From the IMG/VR virus record IMGVR_UViG_3300028888_000049: a stretch of 64,000 nucleotides of DNA; one strand, written 5' to 3'. Positions 40,449 to 52,317 of this stretch are shown here, one piece after another. The position numbers and the translations under genes are program-made. The DNA comes from a virus (lineage: Duplodnaviria; Caudoviricetes). How positions within the stretch are numbered: the stretch's first letter is position 1; each line of letters starts with the position of its first letter. The notes beneath the pieces are model-generated. The model was given only the letters and a program-made list of their open reading frames with translations. It made no database searches and was not told the origin of the DNA.

Positions 40449-41300
40449 ATGATAACTGTAGGTAAAGTAATAAATCTAAAACTTTGTTGTAATGTAGTTT
40501 ATCCAATAAATAGTATTGATAATTGTGATAAATTTAAAATTAGATTTAACGAAGCATTAGCTAAGGTAAATAATATTTCAAATTATGCCTATTATAATAT
40601 TTATAAAGAAAACTCACTTGGTTATTCTCAAGATAAATTATCTTTTGATGTTTATTCCTGTACATCATATAAAATATCTTTAGATGATTCAGATGTAAAA
40701 GAATTTAAAAAATATACATTAGGAGTGGATTATGGAACTATGAATGATTATGCTTGTAATTTCTTTTCAAAGAAACTTGATAAAGAAGTTATTGGTTTTT
40801 ATAATACTGGTTATAGAAGTGCTAGTGGTTTAATAAATCTTTATCATCATGGTTCATTCATAGATGCAGATGATTTTAAAGACATCAGAATAATTACAAA
40901 TGAAAATCTTAAACTTATTCAAGCTAATGCTTATTATAATCGTAGTTATTTATGTGTTGGACCAATTATTACAATGTTAAATACTTTATATGGTTGTGCA
41001 TTAACAGATATTTCTGAAAAATTAAAGATAAAGTCTTCAACAAATTGTAACTTTAATCGTTTTTTTACTCAAAATGATGCAGAATTAACTTTAGATTTAG
41101 GTCAGTATTTAGATGAAATTAGAAGAGAAGCTACTAAAAAAGCTTTAGATAAATTTGCTAAATCTAGTGTAATAGAAACGTTAAATGAAATGAATGCAAA
41201 AATTAAAGTCGATACAAGAAGTGAAATATTATATATCGATTTTAAAGATTTAATAAATAGTTTAATTGATAAAAATTATAAAAATAATACATCAAAATAA
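40449..41300 (+). CDS. Hypothetical protein
   Basis: GGAGG RBS; about 283 aa. Confidence 0.65.
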   Translation: MITVGKVINLKLCCNVVYPINSIDNCDKFKIRFNEALAKVNNISNYAYYNIYKENSLGYSQDKLSFDVYSCTSYKISLDDSDVKEFKKYTLGVDYGTMNDYACNFFSKKLDKEVIGFYNTGYRSASGLINLYHHGSFIDADDFKDIRIITNENLKLIQANAYYNRSYLCVGPIITMLNTLYGCALTDISEKLKIKSSTNCNFNRFFTQNDAELTLDLGQYLDEIRREATKKALDKFAKSSVIETLNEMNAKIKVDTRSEILYIDFKDLINSLIDKNYKNNTSK

Positions 41301-41428
41301 CTTTTAAAATCTTTATAAATAATTTAAAAACGTCTGAAAGTATTAGTATTACTATCATTTGTACATATAAAATTTTTACAATTTACAAAATACGTATATA
41401 CTAACAGCTTAAATGAAAGGATATTAAA

Positions 41429-42253
41429 ATGATTAAACTAACACCTGTTAAAAAGAAATACTTTGTATCAATAGAGCCATCACATTATTCTAAAAGTTTT
41501 ACTGATATTTATAACTGTAATAATACTAATAAATATTCTGGTAAAGTTACAGATTATGCAGATTATCATATTACTATTTCAAGAACAAATAGAAGAATAG
41601 ATAATTATAAATATTTTTATACAAATACGATTAAACAGATTACTGATACTGATAGTTTATTAGAAATTACAAATGATTTACTTAAATTTTTTAGTAGACG
41701 TAGCAAATATTATTGGTCAAACAGTAGATGTATTAGTTTTACTGATTTAGTATTAAGTCTATGTCAAAAGCATTTAGGTAATCATTATATTGTAAATGAT
41801 GGTGATATTTACTATTCAGAAAATAAAAGTCCTGAAGAAAATAAAAATAATATAATGCAAGCTTTACAAGATCTTTATTTGATTGATACCAACGATTTAG
41901 TATCAGATACTTTTATATCTAAAGCACAGCAAAGACATATAGATTTAGAAAAAGAAATGAATGTTAAAAAGACATTATTAAATTCGTTTTTAATGGATAA
42001 TATAAATAGTATTATAGAAGATTATGGATTAAAAGCAACAGAAAACGGTATTATATTCGAGTATAAAAATTCTTATCGTGAAGGTTTTGATAAATTTGTT
42101 ATGAAGGCTTTACATGAATTAATCGAAATACCATTAAAAGAACAACTTAATCTTGATACTAAATTTACTAAATCAAGATCTACTGCTCTTACAGATGGTT
42201 ATTCTGTATCTTGTTCTTTAAAAGATATTAGAATAAATACAAAGGAGTCATAA
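41429..42253 (+). CDS. Hypothetical protein
   Basis: 274 aa; promoter and RBS upstream. Confidence 0.65.
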   Translation: MIKLTPVKKKYFVSIEPSHYSKSFTDIYNCNNTNKYSGKVTDYADYHITISRTNRRIDNYKYFYTNTIKQITDTDSLLEITNDLLKFFSRRSKYYWSNSRCISFTDLVLSLCQKHLGNHYIVNDGDIYYSENKSPEENKNNIMQALQDLYLIDTNDLVSDTFISKAQQRHIDLEKEMNVKKTLLNSFLMDNINSIIEDYGLKATENGIIFEYKNSYREGFDKFVMKALHELIEIPLKEQLNLDTKFTKSRSTALTDGYSVSCSLKDIRINTKES

Positions 42254-42517
42254 ATGTTAGATTTAGATGTTATCAACAGATATGGAACTGATAATTCATG
42301 TACATATTTTTTCCATTATAATGATTCATCTTGTCAAATGGTTAGAGTAGATGTTGAAAATAATACTATTTCAGATATGGAGGTTATAGATAATAAAGAT
42401 AAATGGTTTGAAACGTTACGTGAGTTAAATGTAATTAAGTCAAAACAACATAAACTAACATTTAAGAATCTACAAAAGCTGTTATTATTATATAAGATTA
42501 TGGGTTTTAATTTTTAA
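42254..42517 (+). CDS. KIYG-helix family protein
   Basis: TLRELNVI...LTFKNLQKLLLLYKIMG. Confidence 0.7.
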   Translation: MLDLDVINRYGTDNSCTYFFHYNDSSCQMVRVDVENNTISDMEVIDNKDKWFETLRELNVIKSKQHKLTFKNLQKLLLLYKIMGFNF

Positions 42518-42578
42518 GGGAGAATAGATATAATGATGACAGTAATTTTATTAACAAATAATATAAGGAGTAATAATA

Positions 42579-45500
42579 ATGAGTAGTATTAAAGTAAAGT
42601 ATTTAAAAGAAAAATTAGAGTGTGCTATGTATCAATTAGAGCAACTAGACGATGAAGACAATGTTCAGCTTACGTCTAACACATACTTTTTACATGGTGC
42701 TAATAATTTCTTAGGAATTTCTGGATATGATGGAGGTTATCTTGATCTTGATCGTATTGAAGAAGCAGTTGAAAACGATGATGAAGAGGAGTAACAGAAA
42801 TGAAAGAGGTCAAAATTATATTGGTAGATGATGGAAGAAATTTTGACTGTAGATCCGAAACAGAAATATCTTATAATGCTAATTTCACTAGGCTTACAGC
42901 AGCTATTAATGAAATCTTAGATGATTTAGATGATGATCAAGTATATATTAATTTTAAGAATCCAAGTGAAAAATGTTATCCATTTTTTATTTGTAAAAAT
43001 AAAAAAGCAGAAGAAGCAAAGGCTTGCGAAATTTTTATAGATTATATATATTTTTGGGTAGAATTATATGGTGATTTAGAAAAATTTTATATCACAGTTA
43101 TCAAATATTTTCCAGAACTTATTGACCAAGTAGTAGAAGATATAATAGAAGAAGGATATGATGATCCTGCTGATTATGATGTTAATATTGAAAAATTAAA
43201 ACAACAATATTTAAAAGAATAAAGGAGTAAAAAATATGATAAAAGTATTAAATAATATTGACATAATTATAACCGGTAAAAATATTTATTATAATTATAA
43301 CGATATATTATATACAAAAGAACAATTCGAAGATAAATATATTTTACATGTAGATACACCTTCAAAACCACAAGAAGAAATTAAAGACTTGTTTGATATT
43401 GAAGGTAATATCTGTGTTAAACTTCAAAAAAGTGATTATGTTAAATTTAGTTTTGATAATGAATATGATCAACATATTTCTGGTGAAGGTATAATCACTA
43501 GAGTAGAGTATGATGATAATGATAGAATGGAAGATTGTTATGTAGTTAGAACTAGTAACGATCCATTAGAAACTATTATTATCTATGGTCGCGACATTGA
43601 CGAAGCATGGAGGTAAGTAATGGATGAATTATATATTGAACAATTTAATGATGATGACGTAAAGTGTTATGGAATGTGTCTTAGTGATTATGGAGTATTC
43701 GATAACACAGGTCATTGTTATTTTTATGGATCTAAAGGAGAGTGTGAAGCATATCTCATTAAAAGAAAAGGAAGTAATTAATGACTGTTACTAATATAAT
43801 ATTGTTACTTCTCTGGATTACATGGATGTTTAGTATATATCTTAGACATAAAGAAAACATGGTTAATCTTGAGATATTAAAAATGTTAAAAGATAACGAA
43901 ATTAATGGAGGTAAATGATGTTTGTTCTTGAAGTAAAACAAAATACATACGTTAATGCTTTTGATTCAACAACCAAACAAGACTTAGGTGATGAATCTGG
44001 TGAGTATGAATTGCAACCTGGATTATATCCAATTCATGAATTTGATGTTGATATAAATCAAGTATATTGCATGACTATTCTTAAAGACAATAAACTTATT
44101 GAGATTCAATTTCTTGATGAGGGTGATGAAGCTGATGAGCCACTCACTAATTATCTTGATATTAAATACTTGAAACAGTTTAATTTTTCAATGTTAAAAG
44201 GATATAAATAATGACTAATTTATATTTCGTACAAGGAATACCAACAAGTTATGCTATGCCAGATTTGTTTGTATTTAGTAATAAAAGAAAAGCTGAATCA
44301 GCTAAAAAAATAATTGAAGATTTTTATGATTCAATGTGCTTTGATCAAGTATATGAAATTAAAGAAGTTGATATTACAAATTTAAATATTAAAGACAACA
44401 AATTATATTGTGTAGTTGGAGCAGTAACACCTCTTGAAACACAAACTTGGATATTCGATACTAAAACAGAAGCTGAGAAAAAAGAAAACGAATTGTGGGA
44501 TGATCCTAATCGTTTTAATGATGCTCAATTTTATACTACAGAAATAGATTTGAATAATCTAAATACTATAAAATCCATAAGAGATTTTATTAAAGAACAA
44601 AAAGAATACTATGAAGATTGAAAGGAGGTAAAATCATGTTTGTAGTAAAAATATATCAAGAAACAGATGATGATCGAATCCATGATACTGATAGTTATTA
44701 TTTTAACACAGAAGCTGAAGCCAAAGCATTTGAAGAAGCAATGAATAAAAAAGGTAAAGAACTTTTAAATAGATGGGTATATGTAAAATTTAATGTATGG
44801 AGTTATAAAATTGAACCTCAAACATTGTCTGATGCTTTAAAAGATGCTAATGAATGGTATGATGCTGTGTTAGATAGTGGTGATGAAGAGGAGCAAGATG
44901 ATGACTAAACAATATGTTACTGCTGATGAGCTTAAGAAAGCTGCAGACTATCTTGCTTCTACTAAAGAAGAAGGTGGTTGTTATCGTTGGAAAGTATATG
45001 CTAATACTGAGGACAATAAAGATATAAGTATTGTCTTAGGTTGGACAGATGGTTTTGATAAGAATGATCCTGATAAAGATAAATATCAAGATGATACTTG
45101 GAGACTTGCTGTTAAAGTAGGTTATCAACCATCTAACAGTATAATGCAATGTGATTATGATATAGACTTTTATCTTCCATATAATCCAGACACTGGTGAT
45201 GTATGTGATGATTGTGAGTATTGCATATATGAAACAACAGACTTTGAAGCATTAGCTAAAGATATTAATAAGAATACTTCTTGGGTAATTAAACATTGGA
45301 AGGAGTTAGGACATGAATAAATACAAAGTACCAGTAAAACTTATCTTTACAGGAACAGTTGATGTTTTAGCTGAAGATGAAGAAAAAGCAAAGAATATCG
45401 TTTCAACTAACTTTAGTGGAATGCTTGCCTATGCTGAAAATAATTGTTGTGATAGCATTGAAGAATGGGATATAGATATTCATGGTGATACTGAACTAAA

Positions 45501-47159
45501 TGAAGATGAAGAAGTTGAATTAATCGGAGCAGTAATCGATGAAGAGGAGTTAAGCGATGAGTAAATATAATGTATGTTATTGGTACGATACTGAAGATAA
45601 AGCTTGGAATTCTATAGAAATAGATGATGAGTTTACTAGAGGAGATAACATAGTAACAGTTGTTGATAAGACAGATACACATGTTACTATTGAATATCAT
45701 TCTGGTAAACGTATCAAACTTACTAGAGAACAAGCACTTAATAGTTTATATTGTTAGATCATTGAAAGGAGTTATAATATGTATAAAATATATACAATAA
45801 CAATTGTTACTGCTGATAATAATAAAACTTGGTATTTTACAGATGAAGATATGAAAGATGAAGTATTAGATTACATTGATACATTAGGTATTGAAGATAA
45901 GATTGATATACAGACTGATGAATTCTTTGCTAACTCAAATGTTGATACCACTGAACGAGAAATATTTAATTTTCTTAATGGTTAATACGAAAGGAGTATT
46001 CTAATGAGTAATCCAATTTCTAGTACTAAACACCAATGGGTATTTAAAGGTCATCCATTAATTAAAGCAGTAGCTGATAAAGCTAAAGCAGAAGGTTACA
46101 GGGTATTTTTAAATGTCGATGGTGGTTCTTGTTTTCCAGAAGGTACATATGGTTTTATTACACCACAAGATGGTAGTAAGATATTATATTTTCAAATGCA
46201 ACCATTTAATATGTATGTAGAATTTAGTGTTCAGATTGTACCATCAAAAGTATTTGGTTCTAGCTATCACATTAATAATGATGATATTTGTTGTTTAGAA
46301 GATGTTGATAAGTACTTGAATTTGAAAAGTATTTTCGATAATATGAGAAATATGGAAGATCGAACATTATACACATTAGATATGCATATGAATGATCAAT
46401 GGGGATTAAGCAATTATGCTGAATATTAATAACATATATATGAAAGGAGTAAGATTATGAGTTATGAACAAAAATATGATAAAGATATTTTAGCTGAAGA
46501 AACTATCAATGTTGATGGTGATGACTACACTTGCTATATTTTAGATGATAAAGATTATTATAATGTACATGTTGTTGATGATCATTATCATGATGATGAA
46601 GGTAATACATTAAGACTTCAAGAACCAAAGGAATGTGTAAGTTTAGATAAGGTTACTTCTAAACCATTCATGTTATCACAAATCATGGAACATGTTTTAT
46701 GGCACATGTGTTATGGTGAAAACAGAAAAATGTATGACTTCAGTATTGATTATGAAGAAAATGATTTAAACTATTAATTTCTAATATCACGAAGGAGAAT
46801 ATACGATGTCTAATACTTTTAAAATGGGTGTATATGTATACAGAACAAATGCTTGGGGTGATTGTTCGTTAGATGGTATTACATCTAAGAATGATAGACT
46901 TGAAGCATGTTGGAATACAAAAGATATTTATAAAAATCCAGATCCAGAAGTTGCTAAGAAATGTGATCTTATCATTCGAGCAGATGAAATCTGTGGTGGA
47001 TTGAAATGTATTCGTGCTTGGGTTGTTGATAAAGAAACCGGTGAACCTACAAAACGCTGGGGAATGTGTGGAGGAAATTTTGTTTATAGTTCTGATGGCA
47101 GATTTCCAAAACTATTAGACTTTCCTGAACCAATACAAGTTATGGATAGATTCGAATAA
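42579..47159 (+). other. Second cluster of small acidic early proteins (42579, 42800, 43236, 43915, 44211, 44636, 44901, 45313, 45557, 45779, 46004, 46457, 46806)
   Basis: Packed ORFs with strong RBS, high D/E content. Confidence 0.7.
44901..45320 (+). CDS. Hypothetical protein, close paralog of 26343..26756
   Basis: MTKQYVTADELKKAADYL...KHWKELGHE. Confidence 0.7.
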   Translation: MTKQYVTADELKKAADYLASTKEEGGCYRWKVYANTEDNKDISIVLGWTDGFDKNDPDKDKYQDDTWRLAVKVGYQPSNSIMQCDYDIDFYLPYNPDTGDVCDDCEYCIYETTDFEALAKDINKNTSWVIKHWKELGHE

Positions 47160-47309
47160 AAGAAATTGAAATTTTTGGTTTTACTTTTTAATTATTAATA
47201 TTATAATTATATTAAGGTTTAATTTTGATTTGGAGGATACAATTTATGAAAAAATCTACTAGTCTTATTATATCACTTTTAGGTAAACGTAAAGGAGGTA
47301 AATAACTAG

Positions 47310-47612
47310 ATGACATTTGAAATTGATTATGTCAATAAAATGGTATCTGAGTTTTTAGGATTTAATATTCCATTAAATACTTTTGTGTCCATGGAAAAAG
47401 ATACTAATAAATATTTAATAAACTTAGATACAAATAAAATAAAAAATATGGATTCATTTCTTAATATGTTATCCTATAAATTATCAAGTGTTAGTGAAAA
47501 TATCGCAATTAACATTGGTAAAAGAACAACTATTATTATGGATGAAGATACTTTGATTAGATTTATAAATATTGTTAACATTAAAAAAGGAGATTTAAAA
47601 TGTGGTATGTAG
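47310..47612 (+). CDS. KIYG-helix family protein (divergent)
   Basis: MDEDTLIRFINIVNIKKG. Confidence 0.55.
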   Translation: MTFEIDYVNKMVSEFLGFNIPLNTFVSMEKDTNKYLINLDTNKIKNMDSFLNMLSYKLSSVSENIAINIGKRTTIIMDEDTLIRFINIVNIKKGDLKCGM

Positions 47613-47749
47613 TATTAAATGGTAAAAGAATTCCTGTTCCTTACAGAACTTATGATGAATGTATGGCAGAATGTCGTAGACTTCAAGAAACTATGTGTGC
47701 AGTAGCAGTACATCCTGAATTAGTTAATGACTAATAAAAGGAATTTAGT

Positions 47750-47935
47750 ATGATAAAAGTTATAGTCGAATTTTATAATGACAAACATCCATTAGGTTCA
47801 AAAGATAATACTAGATTACATCTTGGAGCACGTGATGAAGAACATGCTAAAAAGATTATAGAAGACTCTAAAAAATTCTTTAGTGAATCAATGTTTGGAT
47901 GGAAAGTCAATACAAAAATAATTAGAAATGACTGA
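47750..47935 (+). CDS. Hypothetical protein
   Basis: AAGGA RBS. Confidence 0.5.
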   Translation: MIKVIVEFYNDKHPLGSKDNTRLHLGARDEEHAKKIIEDSKKFFSESMFGWKVNTKIIRND

Positions 47936-47988
47936 GATTAAATTCTCGATATTATTATGTTTATTTCTTTTGAAGGAGAATACATAGT

Positions 47989-48276
47989 ATGGAGATAGAA
48001 TTAAGTATAGTGAAAAAGGATTCTACGGGAGTTTATTGGGTTGTATTTCGTATTATTAACAACGACTGTATTGTTTATAACAAAGCTATGTATAGATTAT
48101 TATTAAGGGAAATAAAAAACTCAGGCTTAAAAATAATAAAAAGCTATGAGCATAAAGGCTATTATAAACTAACTCTTACAAAAGATGCTATTGAAAAATT
48201 ATGCTTTTTTATTAAGCTTTATAAAAAACGAATGAATGCATTAGATACTGAAAATGTTATTTATTATGAATTTTAG
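47989..48276 (+). CDS. KIYG-helix family protein
   Basis: LTKDAIEKLCFFIKLY. Confidence 0.7.
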   Translation: MEIELSIVKKDSTGVYWVVFRIINNDCIVYNKAMYRLLLREIKNSGLKIIKSYEHKGYYKLTLTKDAIEKLCFFIKLYKKRMNALDTENVIYYEF

Positions 48277-48290
48277 AAAGGAAGTATAAA

Positions 48291-48605
48291 ATGAAAAAAG
48301 AAAAAGAGTTTAAATTAACCGAAGTAAAAGTTATTAATTATGGATTAGTCTTAAGTATAAAGATTAATAACTTTGCTTTTAGAATTATATATGACTTTTA
48401 TTATAATACATTTATGTTAGAAGTTGATTGTCATATTTCTACTACAAAAGGAAAAGCTTTTGAATACTTTTGCAATATCTTTAATTTAAAAATTAAACCA
48501 GATGATAGAGGATGGTATAATGATATTGCTTTAGAATATGATGATTATTTAAAAATAGTATCACAACTTAAATCAATGGGTATCAAATATAAATATGGAG
48601 ATTAA
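48291..48605 (+). CDS. KIYG-helix family protein (tandem duplicate A)
   Basis: MKKEKEFKL...LEYDDYLKIVSQLKSMG. Confidence 0.7.
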   Translation: MKKEKEFKLTEVKVINYGLVLSIKINNFAFRIIYDFYYNTFMLEVDCHISTTKGKAFEYFCNIFNLKIKPDDRGWYNDIALEYDDYLKIVSQLKSMGIKYKYGD

Positions 48606-48607
48606 TC

Positions 48608-48907
48608 ATGAAAAAAGAAAAAGAGTTTAAATTAAATGGAGTTTCGGTCATTGAGTATGGAAGAACTTTAAGTATTAAAATTGGTAATGAGTCATTTCAT
48701 ATTATTTATGATTTTGAAGAAGATTGTTTTATATTAATTGGTGATATGCCTGTTATTAAAGGTGAAAATTATAAAAAATTTTGTGATTACTTTAATCTAC
48801 CACTCGAAACTTATTGTGGTGGTATGTATTATAAGAATGTAAAGCTTGACTATGATACATATAAAAAGCTAAGAATGCAATTTAAAATATTAGGTTATTT
48901 ATTATAA
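48608..48907 (+). CDS. KIYG-helix family protein (tandem duplicate B)
   Basis: MKKEKEFKL...LDYDTYKKLRMQFKILG. Confidence 0.7.
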   Translation: MKKEKEFKLNGVSVIEYGRTLSIKIGNESFHIIYDFEEDCFILIGDMPVIKGENYKKFCDYFNLPLETYCGGMYYKNVKLDYDTYKKLRMQFKILGYLL

Positions 48908-48982
48908 AGAAGTTAAACTAAAACCTTTTGATAAAATAATGAAAGAAACTTGTAAACAATATAATTAATAAAGGAGGTTAAT

Positions 48983-49354
48983 ATGACTTCTATAACTAGA
49001 TATTATAATAAAAAAGGTCAAATAATAGATGAAGAACCTAACAGAGGACCATATTACTATTTAGATTTATTAGATTGTGCAGGAATGCATATACGTATTT
49101 ATAAAGAATATGCACATAGTATGATAGAGTTAGCTGAGGTAAGTTATGATAGGTTATATGTAGAAGGTGAGAAGGATTATAGGTTTGCTAAGGTATATTT
49201 TAGAGTAGGTAATTATAGGGAATATTTTGAGAATAAAAATAATATAAATTTATTTATTATGATCGTTAAAATACAAGCTGCATTATCTGATTTACCAAAG
49301 AGTTTAGTTGATGATTATATTAAACTTATAATAGAAAATATAATTGAGGAGTAA
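48983..49354 (+). CDS. Hypothetical protein with KIYG-like helix
   Basis: NINLFIMIVKIQA. Confidence 0.55.
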   Translation: MTSITRYYNKKGQIIDEEPNRGPYYYLDLLDCAGMHIRIYKEYAHSMIELAEVSYDRLYVEGEKDYRFAKVYFRVGNYREYFENKNNINLFIMIVKIQAALSDLPKSLVDDYIKLIIENIIEE

Positions 49355-49358
49355 ACAA

Positions 49359-49712
49359 ATGAAAACAGATATCTCTAAAGAAATTTTAAAAGATATTGGT
49401 AAAGCACTTACGGATATTTTTATTAAGAATAATTTAATACCAAATAAATATGTATCAATATCTGTGCAAAAAGCTAAAAAATTTAGAGTATTATATGAAG
49501 AAAAATCTGATACAACTTGGTATGCGTTAACAATTACTAGATGGGTTTTTGAAGGAATTGATCCAAAATGGAGTATTAAAAGAATAAAATTTATAGAAAA
49601 GTTATTGAATGAAAAAATAGCTGACGTGTGTAAAAATATATTTAAAGATGATTTATTTTTGACTGACGAACAAGTGAATAAATTATATATAATGTCAAAA
49701 ATTTATAATTGA
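49359..49712 (+). CDS. KIYG-helix family protein (FGxRR subfamily)
   Basis: WSIKRIKFIEKLL...LTDEQVNKLYIMSKIYN. Confidence 0.7.
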   Translation: MKTDISKEILKDIGKALTDIFIKNNLIPNKYVSISVQKAKKFRVLYEEKSDTTWYALTITRWVFEGIDPKWSIKRIKFIEKLLNEKIADVCKNIFKDDLFLTDEQVNKLYIMSKIYN

Positions 49713-49769
49713 TTTGTCTTATTTGTTTTTATATTGTAATATGTATTTATAAACTAAAAGGAAGTTAAT

Positions 49770-50138
49770 ATGAATAAAGAATGTGAAGAATTAATTAATG
49801 AAGTTACAGCAACTATTTGTACAAAAGATAATATATTTAATGCTTTAGATAATCTAGAATATATTATTGATACTGTAAAACACAATGTTATTAGTGAAAA
49901 ATTTACTAAAGTTTATCTTATCAACGGTAATCCAAATGATGTACGTCGAGAAATTAGTGCTAAGTATGGTTTTAGATGTAGTTGGGAAGGTTCACCAGAA
50001 ACATGTGGTATTATTACAGTATATGTACCAAAAGATAAATGTACCAAAGCATTACTAGATAGCTTTAAAAAATATGATAAACTACTTGGTGCTCTTGGTA
50101 CTAGTGATCCATGTAGAACATATCCAACTATAGATTAG
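49770..50138 (+). CDS. Hypothetical protein
   Basis: AAGGA RBS. Confidence 0.6.
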   Translation: MNKECEELINEVTATICTKDNIFNALDNLEYIIDTVKHNVISEKFTKVYLINGNPNDVRREISAKYGFRCSWEGSPETCGIITVYVPKDKCTKALLDSFKKYDKLLGALGTSDPCRTYPTID

Positions 50139-50158
50139 CTGAAAGGTTAGATATAAAT

Positions 50159-50476
50159 ATGAGAATTTATGAAATTGAAAGCTATTTAACTAATATATTT
50201 AAGAAAAATAAGCTTTTAAAAGATAATTATTCAGTATTTATAATATATATAGCAAATAATAGTATCTTTTATAATTATGAGAGTGAATCAGAAGCAAAAT
50301 ATTATATATTTGTAGGGTGTTTAAAAAATACCAAAACTGAAATTCCTTTTGGAATACGAAGAAGAAAGTTTTTAGAAACTTTACTTAATAAACAACTTAA
50401 ATGTACTACTTATAATTTAAAGTGTTGTCAAGAAGATTTAGAAAAATTATATGTATTATCAAAAATTATGCAGTGA
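50159..50476 (+). CDS. KIYG-helix family protein (FGxRR subfamily)
   Basis: FGIRRRKFLETLL...QEDLEKLYVLSKIM. Confidence 0.7.
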   Translation: MRIYEIESYLTNIFKKNKLLKDNYSVFIIYIANNSIFYNYESESEAKYYIFVGCLKNTKTEIPFGIRRRKFLETLLNKQLKCTTYNLKCCQEDLEKLYVLSKIMQ

Positions 50477-50487
50477 GGAGGTATATA

Positions 50488-51054
50488 ATGTTAGAAGTTA
50501 ATATTTCAGATGCTATAACAGTTAAGCTTTTAGATAATGCTCATAATATTATTGATAATAAGTATGTATTAACAGCTAAACAATATAAGTTATTATCTGT
50601 TGAACAAATTGATGAATTAACATTATTATTTAAAGTTCGTGATTATAATACTAATGAAATTATTATCTTTTCAACCGAAGATGATGACATATTACATCGT
50701 CATATAGGTTTAGAGCATATTACTAACACTAATTTACAAATGAGAGCTATTAAAAAGGATTGTAAAGCCGTTGCTTCTAAGTTATATAATATATTATGTA
50801 AAAATGGTTTAATTAAAAGTAATAATATAACTGTTGATATTACACATTATGGTGGAAAAACTTATCTTATAGAAATTAAAAATTTAAACAATTATTCGCC
50901 TTATTCATGTTGTCCATTTGGAGTTAAAAGACTTAAATTTATAAATGAAATTACACAATTTAATTTAGAATTATCTTCCAATAATAAAGTTTTATGTATG
51001 GATGCTCTTCAATTTAATACATTAAAAACAGTTTTAAATATCTTAGGAGCCTAA
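50488..51054 (+). CDS. KIYG-helix family protein with two helix copies
   Basis: LSVEQIDELTLLFKVRD and FGVKRLKF...QFNTLKTVLNILG. Confidence 0.65.
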   Translation: MLEVNISDAITVKLLDNAHNIIDNKYVLTAKQYKLLSVEQIDELTLLFKVRDYNTNEIIIFSTEDDDILHRHIGLEHITNTNLQMRAIKKDCKAVASKLYNILCKNGLIKSNNITVDITHYGGKTYLIEIKNLNNYSPYSCCPFGVKRLKFINEITQFNLELSSNNKVLCMDALQFNTLKTVLNILGA

Positions 51055-51055
51055 T

Positions 51056-51301
51056 ATGACAGAAGTAAGATCTATTGTTACTATTCCCTACGATATTAAT
51101 CCTAAAAAAGATATATATCCAAAAGGAATAGTAATAAAGAAAGGACAATATATTGTTAATGAGTGGGAATACGGTAAAAAAGTAAGTTCTAGTGATGCAT
51201 TAAATCTAACTAATAAAGATACTAACGAATGGACTTGTTTTCTACTATATCATCCAGATAAATATACTAAAGATTGGATTGTACATACTGAATACTTTTA
51301 A
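51056..51301 (+). CDS. Hypothetical protein
   Basis: AGGAG RBS. Confidence 0.55.
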   Translation: MTEVRSIVTIPYDINPKKDIYPKGIVIKKGQYIVNEWEYGKKVSSSDALNLTNKDTNEWTCFLLYHPDKYTKDWIVHTEYF

Positions 51302-51316
51302 ACGAAGGAGAATATA

Positions 51317-51619
51317 ATGATGGAATTAAGACAATTATCATATTATCTTTCAGGTTTTTTAGGTAAAAAATTAAAGAAATCAAGTATACTTACAAGATAT
51401 TCTTTAGATAAACAATATATTATTATTAGTACTAGTAATAAAATAGTATATAGCCATATTTTAAAAGCAATAGAACAGTTAATAGAAGTTGTTCCAACAA
51501 GTAGAAGAAGTCCATTAGAAGGTATAATACCAGGTAATCATTATGAATGTCTTATTTCAACAAAAGATGCAGAAAAACTAATGACTATATTAATAATTGG
51601 AGGATACTATATTGGCTAA
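51317..51619 (+). CDS. KIYG-helix family protein
   Basis: ISTKDAEKLMTILIIGG. Confidence 0.65.
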   Translation: MMELRQLSYYLSGFLGKKLKKSSILTRYSLDKQYIIISTSNKIVYSHILKAIEQLIEVVPTSRRSPLEGIIPGNHYECLISTKDAEKLMTILIIGGYYIG

Positions 51620-51938
51620 ATTAAGATTATGTAGAAATATTATAAGGAAATTAAACAAGAAATTCCATGATCAAGGTCTATCTTTTAGAATAGGAAAATA
51701 TAGAAAAAATAATAACATTAAATTACTTATAACTTTTTATTATTTAAGATTTAAAGATTTAGACTTTATTTCAATTAAAAACTATATTAAAGACTTTGAT
51801 AATACAGACGATTTTAAGTATAATATATATGAAGATGATATAGCTCGAACTAAAACAATAGTAATATTTAGTAATGAAGTAATTTTAGAAAAACTTTTAG
51901 CTTGTATATTATTGTTTCATAATTGTGATAAAGAATGA
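51597..51938 (+). CDS. KIYG-helix family protein (divergent)
   Basis: FSNEVILEKLLACILLF. Confidence 0.5.
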   Translation: MEDTILAKLRLCRNIIRKLNKKFHDQGLSFRIGKYRKNNNIKLLITFYYLRFKDLDFISIKNYIKDFDNTDDFKYNIYEDDIARTKTIVIFSNEVILEKLLACILLFHNCDKE

Positions 51939-52317
51939 ATAGATCACCGCATATTGTTTTAATCAGTCCGTAATTTATTAATTAAAAAATTAAAAATTTA
52001 TTTATTTTTGGTTTTTTAATTTAATAAATGTATGTTAATATTTAAAAATAAATGTAATATAGTAAGTAAGTTATTAATTAGATCATATAATATATAGAAT
52101 TATTAAAAAATTAAAGAAATAGGAATTATTTTTCCAAATAGTAATCATTTTTTTCTAAAAGATTATAGATTGACATAAAGGTACTTTTTTTGACCGTACA
52201 ACAACTTTACAAAAATAATATATGATTTATTATATTTTTTAATAATGTTGATTCTGGATTATTTTAGGAAGTTTTATGAAAGCTAAATATATAATTTATT
52301 AATGAGAGTTAAATAAG

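Noticed and set aside
52245-52262. TGATTCTGGATT similar to tmRNA 5' end
   Set aside because: Short chance match with no surrounding tmRNA structure
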